Source: Botryllus schlosseri (taxonomy: Eukaryota). From it: a DNA stretch of 64,000 nt. Position numbers and translations under genes: made by a program. Shown here one piece after another: positions 9,384 to 23,026 of this stretch. The notes under the pieces were generated by a model, which worked only from the letters and a program-made list of their open reading frames with translations, did no database searches and was not told the DNA's origin. Numbering within the stretch: position 1 is the first letter of the stretch; every line of letters starts with the position of its first letter. Where the stretch lies: assembly GCA_051294905.1 (NCBI GenBank), contig CM119371.1, forward strand, positions 20,462,001 through 20,526,000. Reading direction: 5' to 3'.

Positions 9384-12378
9384 CTGTATTCAGTCTAAAT
9401 ACCAGTTGTTCTATGCTGCTAATTAAGCAATATCGTCAAAAATGAAAAAAATAGACCACGCCTCAACAGAAGATATTACAGAAAACCATGGTGCAGTTCC
9501 TACGCTCAATTCTTAAAGATTCCAAAATAAATGGAATCGTAGAATGAGAACCGTCTATTTTTCCCGGTCGCTTCACATAGGCGGTACTGTCAGGTAGACA
9601 CGTCAGCTCTGCCACCCATACTGATTGGCGTAAATGAGTCGCATACAATCGCATGTATGAAGACATACACAACTAAACTGATTTCCAGTGGCAATGTCCT
9701 AATTCTGCATGACGCCTGCATTTATCTTCGAGTATCGAGGAATCAAAGTCCTACTTGTTATATATACTACGAGATGTAATAGTTGGTCATGAAATGATTA
9801 TCGACATCATGTCCGGCAGAATTCAATGGAAATTATCTAGCTTCACTACCGAACTGAGATTATTATATTGGAAGTTTATTTCACGCTGATACGTGAGCCC
9901 GCACCTTACTAAAGATGGGTCATAACATACAACTGCGGCCTCATAAATTGGATAGTGGAGTTGTCTGACGCATTCCAATCCTACGTACGTCGTAAACCCC
10001 TGTATTACAATGCGGCAACAATGGCTGACGGTGGCGGTTTCCAAGAACTATTCGTTTCATTGTGATGCTCACAAATATGTGCAATGTAAATATGCAGTAA
10101 AATATCATGGTCAAAGATGTGGAAGAACTCTTGACTACCTGGTTTTTCGGTGACAAAAATAGAAACCCTCAATATAATTGTATCGGGTTGTTAACTTGAT
10201 GTTGCTGAAGCATCTTTTAGAAGCGAAAGGTTTGTGAGTTTTTTTTTACAATAAATTATGCCCGAGATTCCAGACATGAATGCATTGTTGATCTGCTAAG
10301 GGTATAACCAAACGGCCTAGAAGAAGTTTTCTATATTGGCTGATAATGGACTTCGGTTGACGAACAAATTCGCAAGCCGGATAGCGGTACAACCGGGTGG
10401 TGTCAATATCGAGCATTGAACTCACTTTCTCGTAGTTCACGTATTTGGCATTACGCAGGAGAATTTTTCACCGAGGTATAGTAGGTTATATGCAAACTAC
10501 TCCCACTTCTTTCAACTGGCACCCTGCCAAATTATTAGGCTTAAAAAATCCGTTTCATCTTCAGTAGCAATCTTCGATATTCAGAGTCAAAGAGTAGTTG
10601 GCTATAAAACACATTGCTATCACTTCATAGGATTTCTATTTCGAGATGATGATTGGTAACAAACTTGAATGTTGTTGTGAAAATGATAGGCTACAACTAC
10701 AATCAGGATGTGGCGCACGCGACTGACCTTATTATGCACGTGACATACGACTCTCCATAGCATACGGGCGCTATCCATTTGTGCACGTAGCTACTGTCCA
10801 TACTGTAATAACCGTTCATGTTGAAACATCATCAGATTTAGGATCTTGATCCGTAATTGGATGTAGAATTCCAATGTTGACACGAGAAAGTAAATATGAC
10901 ATTTTTAAAAGTAAAGGATTTTTTAAAGATTTTACTCTTACTTAAGATGGTAAGTAACACTGTAATTCGAAATCTAGCAAAATATTCGTATTTGTGAGAG
11001 CAATGACGGTATTTTCACGAATCGAATGTCATTATTATGCAGGTGACTGTCCCTACTGTGCAGTCAATCGCACTAAACCTCGGTGTCGGAATAAGATCAG
11101 TATACTTCGGCATGAAATTTTTATATTAGTTTACTTGTCCCTGCACGAGGGATATATTGTAAACCAGTGGTTTGCAAAGTATGCGCCAGCGCCCCCTTGG
11201 GGCGTTCGCCAGCGTGAAGCGAGCTCTGGCCATGAAATGGGTGATCAGGGTCGCTAGATATAACATTGGTCGGTAGGGATCGCTGAGTGCAAATCGGGCA
11301 ACAAATAGGTTTGGAATGCAACTGCTGCGTAGTTTTGAAAGGATTGATCAACAGAGCAGCTGAATACCCAGTGAAAATGTAAATAGATCCAGTCAGGGCA
11401 ATGTAAGATCACCCGTCTATCAGCTGTACCGCAAAGTCCATTGGTATATGACAATGTTAATCTTGTCATCAATGGACTAATTCAGCAGTCAGCAGAATTA
11501 CTAAAATTCGTGGTTCATCCTGTGCCGTGAGAACTACGAAGTAATTAAACAATTATTTCTCACTGTAAGGTGTGATGGCTTTTTTCAGAGAAAATGTCTT
11601 GCGGGATTTTAATCTCTGTGTCAAACGATCGTGTATTTTACGCAGTGCTGCTACCGTTGCATCCGAGACACGGAGTTCAGGTTGTGAGAAACGATATCGC
11701 TTCCACTTGACGGGCATATTTACCAAAATTTATGAGTAGGAAATATATATTCTTAGTAATGACGAAACTTAATAAAAGTGAAAATGTCACGGTCTGGATT
11801 CAATAATAAGCCTGTGATATTTCACCGTTAGCTTGCATGAGCTAAACCGGTCCTACTCGAAAATCCGATTTTGATGAAGAAACATTATTAAATCATCGCA
11901 GAAAATTACACGAGCATATGGGGATTATATAACAGAATATATGTCCCAATTAGAATTTCCTCGCCGGATAATCAATTCATTGTGTACAGTTTCCGATCAT
12001 GAAATGATTGAAGAGCTGATTGTTTCCTGATTTGGAACAATTTAGAGTTCAACCCAAAGTGTCAATATGTCCAATCAGCGTTTTGGATATGCCATTGAAT
12101 CAAATTGAAATTCTGTGACTGGAGTCGGGTTAACTTTTCTCTCGTTGACGGTCTGCGCTCAATGTTTGAGAGAACGTGTTTTCAGAGTCATAACAAAGTT
12201 CCTGAATCACAGCAGATATAGCGTCGGTTGAACCTCCCTCAAAATTAATATGACAGTGTTGAACGTGAAGTCTGCAAATCTTAGAATGAGAATGTTCTTA
12301 TCAAAACAAAAACCAAATATGACAAGGATTATGATATTAATACACCACCTTAATCATTATTAGCTGTAATAAATGCGC

Positions 12379-13279
12379 AAGTGTTGGGATGACTCGAGTC
12401 ACCTTTTGTATGACTTGACTTGACTCGAGACACTTTACTAAAATAGCTTGACTTGACTTCACCAGACGTATCAGAAATGTGGATTGACTCGTGACTAGGA
12501 GCAAAATTCACTAGTAAATTTCAAGTCATCAAGTAATCAATGTCGATAAAAATCATTGTATCTTGGATATGTTCGGATTTTTCGCGAAACGCTGGTGTAA
12601 CCCGTGAAAGCGACCAATCATTCAATGATCATGCGTTTCACTGACCCTCCATTGTTCTCTCACAAATAAATTGACCGGAAACGCGGTGAGCGAAGCTTAC
12701 AGCGTATGTTGTCGTAAACGATAGTACTAAAGTAATAAAATCGCAACAAATCTATTTCTGTTCTCTGTTCTTACCTTAACCAAACCTCTTGTTTTATTGA
12801 AATTGAATTCGAATATAGTTTATATAGTCGTTAACCATTGGCGCAGGCTCGAATTGTATCATATCAATAAATAAATGTGTAATATATTGCATCTTATCAA
12901 TTCGTTTTTTTATTCTCTATTCCGTATTTGGCCGGTAACTATGAAAACTGAGGCTATGCAATTACTTACGTAGTTGAATATTTATACGTATATGTGAGCG
13001 ATCTATGGCTTTCTTGCGTGTATATTTAACTCTATATCCTCTGATCAGTTCGGAATCAATGACCACTCATTATGTATTTCAGACAGCTTGAAAAATGAAA
13101 TTACGTAATCATGCCTCATATTTCGAAAATGCAACTTGACTTTAATTGCGACTTGACTCGTGACTTGACTTGACTCGAGTCACCTTCGAAAATTGATTGA
13201 CTTGACTTGACTCGAGTCAAAGTGTGCAATGACTCGAAATGACTGGTGACTCGAAGATTGTGACTTGATCCCAACACCG
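12379..13279. mobile_element. hAT MITE, copy of the 50943-51884 family
   Basis: Colinear with 50943-51884 over its full length; TIRs slightly degenerate. Confidence 0.88.
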
Positions 13280-13577
13280 GGAAGGGCTGACATGATAATC
13301 GTTACCTTGGTGGTGATATAGCTCGAAAAGGTTTGACATAAATTGTTGTAAACGACGTCAAAAATATATATCTTCGTGAATATCACCTTGTAAGTGAGCG
13401 ATCCCATTCATGTATTTTGTGGGTGTGAAAAGATGTAGTTATATGGTATGGCCGTATCATAATATACTTTGGGCTTGGGGATGTATTGATGTAATGCAGG
13501 GGCTTTGGTAAAAGTTCGAAAACGAAAGGATTGTGATTGATCATGTAGGGTTTTGCAAACCCAATTTGATTCGCGGA

Positions 13578-15413
13578 CCGTAGGGGAGACTGGGGAAATT
13601 GTAACACTTTTTGTATTGTCGAACATTACATGTTTTTAACGTGGATATTTCACAGCCAAACTTTTATATAAAGAAGCCAACAACTCGATAGTTAATGTAA
13701 AAACTAATATGGAATTCAATACATAATAATCAATCATTGAAATTTTTGGTCGCGAAAATCGTCGCGAAAATGCTTCAATCGCCCCGTACCCCGGGGAAAT
13801 TGTAACGCCCATGCGGGGTAGATGTAATAAATGTAATGTTTATAACTAAAAATAAACGAAATGAACAACAATAATAGGAACACATATTGTACTATTGAAT
13901 TAAACTAAAAATATAAAAGTTTGAACGCTTTTAGGCTACGCCTTACCGTATTTTTGGCATCTGAATAAATTATCATCGCTCGTGCCTTCTGCATGAGCTC
14001 AAAGTGTACAAGAGCCATATTCATTCCATCATCTCCCTACACATATTAACCCTCTTCTACCAAGGTGCTGTAGTTCAGAGTACATAATGGGTTGCGCATT
14101 CGGTTCTCTGCGAATGGTGCGGAATTGACCTGGCTAAAATAGCTTTGTTGAATGGGCCAATGATAGTGTAGCAAAACGAGGACACGACATTGTGTTGCAT
14201 CAAAGCTAATGGTATTCTTCTGTTCCGTACAAAATTAACATAAATTGTTCACACCAAATGACGAAATGTAAGTGGGCCATGCTCAAAGTCAGGGGATGAA
14301 GATTCCGTCGTTGGCAACTTCTTAAGTCACCATTGAAGATCGACACACAAAAAATCGACCAACATGAGATAGGGTAGTGGAATCACGGAAATAACCGGAC
14401 CCTAAGATTCGCATCACCAGTTCTGTGTGGCCGTTCCAACAGAGGATCATGTTAGAATTGGTATGACCAGGTAGAGTCTGTTCTGGTATTGGACTTATGG
14501 CTGTTGCAGGATTCCTCTGCAGTAGGGTTATACCAGCATATGAACACAGATATTCAGAACTCAAAAGATATTGTAACGGGCAAAAGTAACAGAGTCTTAC
14601 AATTGCGCCTGACACGCTCGACCATGATTAATGTCTCAGGATGGTGCATTCCCGGCGACGCAAGTCCTAGTCTCCCTATGATCCAGAGATGAGCATGGAT
14701 TAGGATTAGGTTTTGAAAAAACAGGATTTGTGAAATTTTGTCGGATTTGGATTGGATTTGGATTAGGCATTTTTTTCTGCACGGATTAGGATTTGGATTG
14801 GATTTACCTATTTTATGGGAGATTGAAATGTCGTGTGGCGAATGGCGACAAACTTTATTCAGATCAGTTATTAATGTACTTATGGTTACTAGGTTATCTT
14901 GAATCAAATGAATCGTTGGTTGTGAAAGAAAATTTTCGAATCCCTCCATTGCATAAATTAGTTTTTTTCTGAATTTCCAGTTGGAACTGGATTAGGATTG
15001 GACATGGACTTAAATATGAAAAAGTTATGGATTAGGATTTGGATTTGGATTTGAAGGTTCGGATATGGATTGGATAAGGACATAGAAATTTCAAATCCGC
15101 TCATCTCTGCTATGATCACGCTAGACTATGGTAATATTGTTCCAGCTACATATATTGCATTGTAACCACTTGAGGTTTTATTCTTCAGAACAAATTATTA
15201 CATATCAGAAAATATTTACTAAAGGGTCCTTAATTTCGTTTTTTTTTTAATTATTCCGGGGTTTCGTGTCGTAGCTCAACATGACTTCAGGTATATTAGA
15301 AGACATACCTACCGCATGTGCACTCAAAATATGAAGGCTATTTCATCCTATACTAGCGGGGAGGTCGATTCTTACATTTGCCCCGTGTTACATTTGTTCC
15401 CGGTCTCCTACCG
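13578..15413. mobile_element. Old TIR DNA transposon (TIR about TAGGGGAGACTGGGGAAATTGTAACA), possibly pogo/Tc1-mariner
   Basis: Imperfect inverted termini and repeated GGGG(A/T)A(A/G)..GTAA motifs. The superfamily assignment is tentative. Confidence 0.5.
14684..15109. mobile_element. hAT MITE (TIR CAGAGATGAGC) with (GGATTT/GGATTA)n arrays
   Basis: 8-bp TSD CTATGATC (14676-14683, 15110-15117). Confidence 0.9.
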
Positions 15414-16026
15414 GTAAACCATTGGAAATATTCCACAATATTATTTCCAAATATATATATATACCTGTAATTTCAAGTGCTATAGGCCTACTTCGTCGTC
15501 AAGCATCTGAAGATATATAATTTATATTCGCTCGGATTCATTCTAGCAACACCTTACATTCCAAGTAATGTAATTGACAGGAATAAAGTGAGTAACAGAT
15601 TAAATACAGCTATCAGAAACTGTCAAATGTGATCCTTGGCCACAGTTCACGAGTATAGATGTGAAAAAATTGCGCATATTACTTCGGTATTGCTTTTGTG
15701 CAATATTTCTGTAAATAAGCGTTACTTTATCTAAATTATTAACCCATACGACTTATAGTATTTATTTAGCATGCATTATAGGCCTACTCGGTGAGCAATA
15801 TTTTCAGCGACATGCCACAATAACCAGTTATGGATTCTTTTAGTGTTTCAGACAGGAGCATCGAAGCAAGTTTAGAGAGCATGTATAATGCAATAAATAT
15901 TTGTATCCACGGATTAAATCCAACGACACAAACTGAAAACACGAATATAAGCGTGATTCTTTGTTGTATGAGAGCTTGTAATTTCCTTGTTGGATAGTCT
16001 ACGTTAACTTGGTAAAGTTGTGCTTT

Positions 16027-19000
16027 TCATTGACGTCCCTCGCGATAGTTTATCTCCCGATCTAGCTGACACATTGTACAAGGCTGACAGAAGAAAAGTA
16101 GGCAGCAGTCATCGCAAATAGATCCCTGAAACGAAAAAAATAGATATTTCGTTTTATGCGACTAAAGAACTTTTTACGGGGTGTATCCATAGTGACGCAC
16201 CTGAATTCCATGTTTGGCTCGGAATGAGGCGCGCATAGCCAGGTGACCGCCCGGAACACACCCAGATGGGTCTCCACTGCATCCGACGCAACAGTCCTCT
16301 CCCATTCTCTTTGCGATGCACCCGTAATAAAAACAACGGCAGAAATATACGCATAAACCTGTTAATATTTGTGCGGCTTTATAGATTCGATCAAAATATA
16401 ATAGCGACTATGTTGTGGTGACTGCATACGGTTAATCGATTGACGGTATATCGCCCCGTCTTACATATGCAATAGGCCAGTAGTTCTCAACCTTCTTTTA
16501 GACACATGATAATTATGACTGTTGATGAGAGAATTCAAAATATGAAATTCGGTCTATTCAGAGAATAACACAGAATCACGCTTGAATTGGAGGTAAATCG
16601 CGCGGAGCGAATTTTTTTTTCTGTTGATCACTTCTTCGCGCCGCCATACAGATGCTTTGACGCTTGAAAATACTCAATAAATTTCAATTTTGTCACACTT
16701 TAGGTAGGTTTATCAGCTGCCATGCTTTGGAAGATCTACTATTACGTTGCATTACCTGTTCATTACAATAAATGAAAATTGTGATTTTGGATCATGCGCG
16801 ATTGTTCGTAGAATTGCACGAACTCGGACTGACCGGGTGATAAAATGAAAATGACTCAAGTTACGTCGGTTCAAACTTTAAAATAAGAGAAGGAGTTGCG
16901 ACAGGAAACGTGGTGGGTTGGTAAACAAACTATCAAACAGACAAACTCATGAGAAATAGTAACTCATAAAAAGGTACGGGCTTTGCGTAGCGTTGCGGAT
17001 TTCGCTATCTGAGAAAGTAGTAATAGCAACCATTGTCAGTATGTTGCCTCCATGATGCATAGTTAATTACATCATGGGTTAATTCAGCCATGTTAGTATC
17101 GCCAATTAAAGTAGACGAGTAACAAAGTGTTACAACTATATATTTTAGGGATTGGACATGTTTCAAATAGAGTGTCTTAAAACACCGCTTGTTATAAATG
17201 CAACCTTACTTACACGACGGAATATCATCAAAGCAAGCCCATATGCTACTGCTCCAGTCTGCCATTCCAGGCTGGTTCACAACTGCTGCATCTTGCTGCA
17301 TAACCACACCCTGCTGATAAGTAACCATGGTTGGTTCCTGTTTAACTACCGTATCATCATCCAGCATTGGCTGTAGCGTCTAAAATTCAATAAAGTCAAT
17401 TAACCATTCAATCACATTTTCTGAAGAAATCGTGGTCTGCCTTCAAGTATGATTGGACTGTGGTACTAGTTGTTTACTACCGTGCAGACCAGGGCTATTC
17501 CATAATTTATCTTGTTTAAAGATTGTTAATACAGACTTGAAATACTTCGAAAGTCAGAATTCGCAGGATGTTTTATAGGACTTGAGGATACATAGAAATA
17601 CCATTTGTTTCTCTATACTCAGGAAGTTCATTATGAACTCTGCCCATAGCCATTACACTATACGCCAGACCTCGAAAACGTATTCCTTTTAGGATCCTGA
17701 ACCAGATTTAATAAACCAGAAAAAAGGGACCGAAGGAATTCTAAATCAAATGTAAATGAACTAAATTTTGATCTCTGAGCTTTTAACAACTTCTAAACAC
17801 GTGTCTCTATAAACATCTAATATTTCTCGAACCTTTTGAGCGCGATAGAAATCCGAGTGTTATTATTATCTTGCAAACCAAGCCTGTCACATGGAATGCA
17901 ATGCATCTAAGGTTATAAAGAACATTTCCATGCCCTGTGAAGTGTGAACATTGGATAAACATACGATACCTATAGTTCTTGAAAGCATGATTCATTACAA
18001 AAAATCATTGATTCTGTGTGGTTGTTATGACGGAAATTTATTTTTCATAGATTTAAAGCAAGGCGCTTTTGTATTCGGCTATTCGCTTACACCGATTATC
18101 GCCTTCAATCGATCGTCTCCAGCCGTTGTGTAGCAGGGTTGTAATGACTCGAGTCACGATTTTTTTGTGATTCGACTTGACTCGAGTCATTTTCTTGAAA
18201 TTTGAAAATGATTCGACTCGAGTCAATATTTGAATTGACTCGACTTGTACTGGAGTCATTACGCATGACTCGATTCAAGTCATTGACTCGGCTTATTTTT
18301 ACATGACTTGAAGATTAAGAAATTTACGAATCGTAATGGCTAAATCAACGCCTCTGACGAATTCTGCCGATATCGCTATTTGTTACCTCTGCTTCATTTG
18401 CACTCGTCTGATTTCATATATGCCGCCGTAAAAACCACAGACAATGTTAAATAGTAGCAGTGCATTGTACAAAATCCTCCAGTGATGAAGAGGTAATAGA
18501 TCCTCCGCAATCAGAGTACTCAAGACTTTTCAATTATGCTCGCAAACAATCGATGCAAAGTTCAATTAAAGTCAATGAAATGACTCAGATGGTGAAGTAG
18601 GCTACTTGGAAGAGACTGATAAGCTCATGTGTAGATTTGAAGGCGATGATTCTTTGCATTTTTGGGCGACTAGAAAGAATAGGTATCCAATGCTCTTCAG
18701 TGAGGTTAAATATGCTTGTCTATTCCTGCATCCAGTGCACCAGTGGAACGTGTATTCAGTAGATGTGGATTAATTCTAAGGCCATACCGCTTTAATGTGT
18801 CTAAGGATCTACTCTCCACTTTGGCATTTTTGAAGTGTAAATCATTGATTTGATCTGCTGTCTGTCAAAACACACAATACCCTCCGTCCATTTGATGTTT
18901 TGTTACGTATGTGCATTGTGCACGTGAGTAATAATGAATGGCTAATGTTGTGTGATGTTTGTACAATGGGGCTGTTCAAAAATAACTTATTTTTATTTTA

Positions 19001-21023
19001 CTGGGTGGCTACTTGATAAAATCGTTATGTTGCATAAAACGAACACTGAATCTCGCTTAATTTAAAACAGTAGAATCAATGATATGAGAGGATCAAATTT
19101 TGGATTTGAAAATCAATGGAGCATTTTTAGTGAGAAATTCTTTCATAAATATAATTACATACTAGTAGTAAGCCAACTATTTTTTCATATCCAAAATATT
19201 CCACTCTTATAACTTCGCTTATTCTAGTTGGAATTGAACCAAATTTGCTGTGAATCATATTTTTACGCAATCTCACAATATCATGAAATAGCCGGTTAAA
19301 TTCGAAAATCTCTATTTGTAATCATCAAAAATTATCTCTCATAGCATTGCTTTCGAGTGGTTGGCATTGAGCTAAATTTGAGTTCTTTTAGGCAATCTAA
19401 CAATTATAAGAATTAGCCGGACAGTTGAAAAAATGTTTCTGAACAGCCTCAATGTACAATTATTTCTCCAATGATGTAACCGCGATGTAGTCTGTAATGC
19501 AATCGGGAAAACCTTTAGTAATATCAACAGGTATATCTTCTTTTGTCACTGCACATTGCTGCATGCACGCTTTTGCGGCATTCTGACCTGGTGAAAATAT
19601 AGCGTTACCATACGTCCTCCTTTAGCAGAATTTGTCCTTCGAGGACGTCTAAATGTCATCCTTTTTTAGATTGTGTCCTCTTTTTTGAGAATTATTGTTA
19701 AATGTAGGGCAAATTCGACGAAGATACAGTAAAATAGCACTGAAGTAACGCTCCGGTGGCTATTTCGGGAGCTGAGCAGGAAAGTTGACCTTTTTTAAGT
19801 CAACCATCTGATAATGTGAAAGAAAACTGTGCCTCTACATTAACATGAATCTGTTGATTCTCTATCAGCTGGTATCTAGACGTGAATTCGTTGGTTCTCT
19901 ATCAGATAGTATGTAGACGTGGATTCGTTGGTTCTCTATGAGCTATTTGTGAGTTGTCGTCGATGTGCTCGTAATAAAAACTGAATGCTTGTATTTGTGA
20001 TGTATAAGACTGACAAGATAGATATTTGATTTAAAGTTCTAAAATTTGTAAAGTTATCATATTGGCTGCGTGTCTCGTCCATTAGCATCGGTAAATGAGG
20101 CCAGGAACTGTCCGTTATATTCCTAAATAAACCTGCTGTGCCAAGACTCTGATAGGGACAAAATAAGTATGTTTGGCAGGCAAGGAATTCGATATCACCC
20201 ATAAGCAGGATTGAAAACAAAAGTGAAAAACAATACTGTGACTTGGAATCGGACTCGAGTCATAACACTATGACGCGGACTTGACCCTTTAAACGGTGAC
20301 TTGGACTCGGACTCGACTCGGTGATGTATTGAAAATGACTCGACTTGACTCGAGTCAAAACCACAAAAGTAAGATTGACTCGTGACTCGGAACCATGTCA
20401 CTTGGTTACAACCCTGTTGTGTAGTCATAACTGCTTACACGCAATTTAAGCTCATGACTCCTGAACTTCCAATTTGAATGTTCACCCCTATTTCACACTA
20501 ATGACAAGATAATTGGCAAACGTTAGTGTGATAACCGTGGTTTATCCTGAGCAAATCAGAGACCATCTGGCTCTTCTTATTCTACAATACCAGCTTATTA
20601 TCTTACAGCATTATGGAGAATCCACATGTCAGACAAATCTTACAATGATATATAACCCTTTTAGATCAGGCAGGTGCATTCATTATGATTGAGCAATATA
20701 TTCGCGACAACTTTGTGGGCGCGTCAGTCATTATCATCTTAACTGTGAATGCAGACTTGGTAATGGTGAAAGCATCGAAACAAATATTACAATCATCAAA
20801 CGACAGTGGACTTTCATTTGGAACAAACGTAGGCCTAATTTGATTGGGATTCGATTAATAACTTGATTTTATTTGCATTCGATAAAATAGTGTTGGTAGT
20901 ACGTTTAATTAATTCTGTGAATTCTAAGTATTTGAAATATATATTGAAGAGGGCTTGGTACAAAACGATTTTGTAAGTTGATAATTTCGTAATATATTAA
21001 ATAGTCTATTTACTCACATTCAT
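16027..21023 (-). CDS. PLAC8/cornifelin-family cysteine-rich protein, paralog 2 (142 aa). Exons 21018-21023, 17214-17379, 16201-16358, 16027-16125
   Basis: Spliced product MN|TLQPMLDDDTVVKQEPTMVTYQQGVVMQQ...WSSSIWACFDDIPSC|LCVYFCRCFYYGCIAKRMGEDCCVGC...AMRASFRAKHGIQ|GSICDDCCLLFFCQPCTMCQLDREINYREGRQ*. Exons 3 and 4 have the same lengths as in paralog 1 (158, 99 bp) and canonical splice sites. The first exon ATGAAT|gtgagt is inferred by analogy with paralog 1. Confidence 0.87.
18134..20416 (+). mobile_element. Internally deleted hAT transposon (TIR CAGGGTTGTAA) with transposase C-terminal remnant
   Basis: 8-bp TSD TTGTGTAG (18126-18133, 20417-20424) and GACTCGAGTC-rich subterminal arrays. 18648-18853 translates, with a frameshift, to DSLHFW...RYPML...LSIPASSAPVERVFSRCGLILRPYR...LAFLKCK, the hAT dimerization domain. 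Confidence 0.92.
19858..19944 (+). repeat. 37-bp tandem repeat (about 2.4 units)
   Basis: ttctctatcag...tagacgtg.attcgttgg units start at 19858, 19895 and 19932. Confidence 0.8.
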
Positions 21024-22989
21024 CCTTTTTTATCTGCAAACACTGAAAATACCAATCAATCCCTCGCACTATTGCTATACAACGATAAAATATATTCACT
21101 GCAAGTAACACAAACACTCTTGTTCTTGGAATAATTGGGCAGATGCATATTTTTAAGGATACCGCTATAATCGATTGCCGTTGTCCAATTCCAGTTCACA
21201 TTCTATTCCAACTCGAATCAGTGTGCATAAATAAATTGATGAAGCTATTTCGAGAGCATACCAATATTATACCCTACTTATATATTAGCTAATTTGACAA
21301 TGTACATGTACATTGTATATAAATGGGCGAAGTCAGCATAAGCGTAAATCTTCACGAATATCACCATGTACTTTGGCGATATCATCCCTTGCTATTTGCG
21401 ATGTCTTTTTTATAACCGAATGGCTTAGCCATGCCATTTTGACGATATCTGGATATATATTGCTAGTTGTTTGTAACGATAACTTAGCTTGAAAACAGGC
21501 TTTGGTTTGGTTAGACTTAAGGAAGGTTTAGGGTTGTGATAGGTCAGGGTTAGGGTGGCGCCTCTCACTCAATATGGGTCGTGGAACGTATTCAGAGAAT
21601 TTTTATCGCTTGCGAACCGAACCATAGTTGAGAAATTCCAAATGATTACTTCTAAATCCAGGCCCCTATTTTTGGTGCGACACTTCATCATCAAGTATAT
21701 GCAGACAGAATTTATAATATTGCGAATCATAAGATATTTGTTTTAGCATCATCTTTATTCGCAATAATTGAATTGTCCAGGATATAATGACAAGCCTGAG
21801 CTTCTGTAACATTAATCCTCAACCCACCGGTCACTGCTATATATAACTGACAATACTCCTTTTCCATATGAGTTATTCACTGCCTGAAGCCTTCGCGCAA
21901 TATTTCTATAAACAAACGTCACTTGAACTGAATTATTATCCCATACGATCATAGAATTGAGAATCGAGCATACCCTGTGATCAGCATTCTCATTGACATA
22001 CTAACTGAACCAGTGATGTGAGATTTTGATCTATGAGCTTTGGGCATATGCGATCCTTGTGTCTCTATAAACATTTGTTGATGAGGGTGTTTATCAAACC
22101 TTTTGAGCGCGAATCATATCCTAGTTTTGTTATTAACATACGAACCAAAGCCGTACACGCGGAATGAAATGCAGCTAAGGCTATAATAACATTTTCATGG
22201 CCTGCGAGAAGGTGGGGACAAACATACGCTTCCTAGTATTACGAAGCATGATTCATTACTAAAAGTCATTGGTTCATTGAGGCTGATGTAACTGAAATTT
22301 ATTGTTCATAAATGTATAATCACGAATCTTTTGTCTTCTGCTATATATGTTACAGCAATCGCTTCCTTCCGTCATTAGTTTCCATCCGCTGTCCAGTCAC
22401 AGATGCTCACTCGCAATTTAAGCTCATGACCCCTGAATCATTGAAATTGGATTTTAATGGTGAGTCCCCTTTCACACTAAATACAATGTAATTGAAGAAA
22501 GTTACTGCGATATCTGCGATTTGATCTGAGCAAGTCGGAAACTACTTCTGTCGCCCTCCTCTACAATACCTGCTCATTAACTCAATCCTAACCATTTTGA
22601 AAATGTGACAGCTCTTTAGTTAGCAACAACATGCATCATATGCAGATATTTGAGCATAGTTGTGAATATTCTCAAATTGCCTTGCGCAAATGTGAGCCGT
22701 ATTTCCTTTAGACAGATATCCGGTTATGAACGGATAACATCGGGTTAACCTTGTTAACTTTTCCTGATAGATTACTATCATTATAACCATCGCATTCCCA
22801 CACCATCCTTAGGATTTTTAAAGTCATCCTATACCTTTCACAAGCTTTGTACTCTGTTCATCCTCGCGAATGCAAATACCAGTTACAGGAATGAACGTTT
22901 ACCATTTTTGCCACTCCATCGCATCCATTAGGTATTTTTGCCCACTAGTTTCTCTAAATCACCAACGTTGGGAAACACTGATTTATATG

Positions 22990-23026
22990 ACACCTGGTGA
23001 AGGAGCTGCGCTCCGAAAGCTCGCGT
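22990..23026 (+). ncRNA. Degenerate hammerhead ribozyme motif, probably from a second PLE family's pseudo-LTR
   Basis: acac-CTGGTGA-a ggagc tgc gctcc-GAAA-gc-TC-gcgt. Helix II ggagc/gctcc and palindromic helix III (AGCT), with a core A6->G change and one helix I mismatch; followed by AATAAA. Confidence 0.55.

Noticed and set aside
9450..12350. Possible decayed coding sequence between the PLAC8 genes
   Set aside because: Short ORFs with frequent stops and no motif I can identify with confidence; a BLASTX search would be needed.
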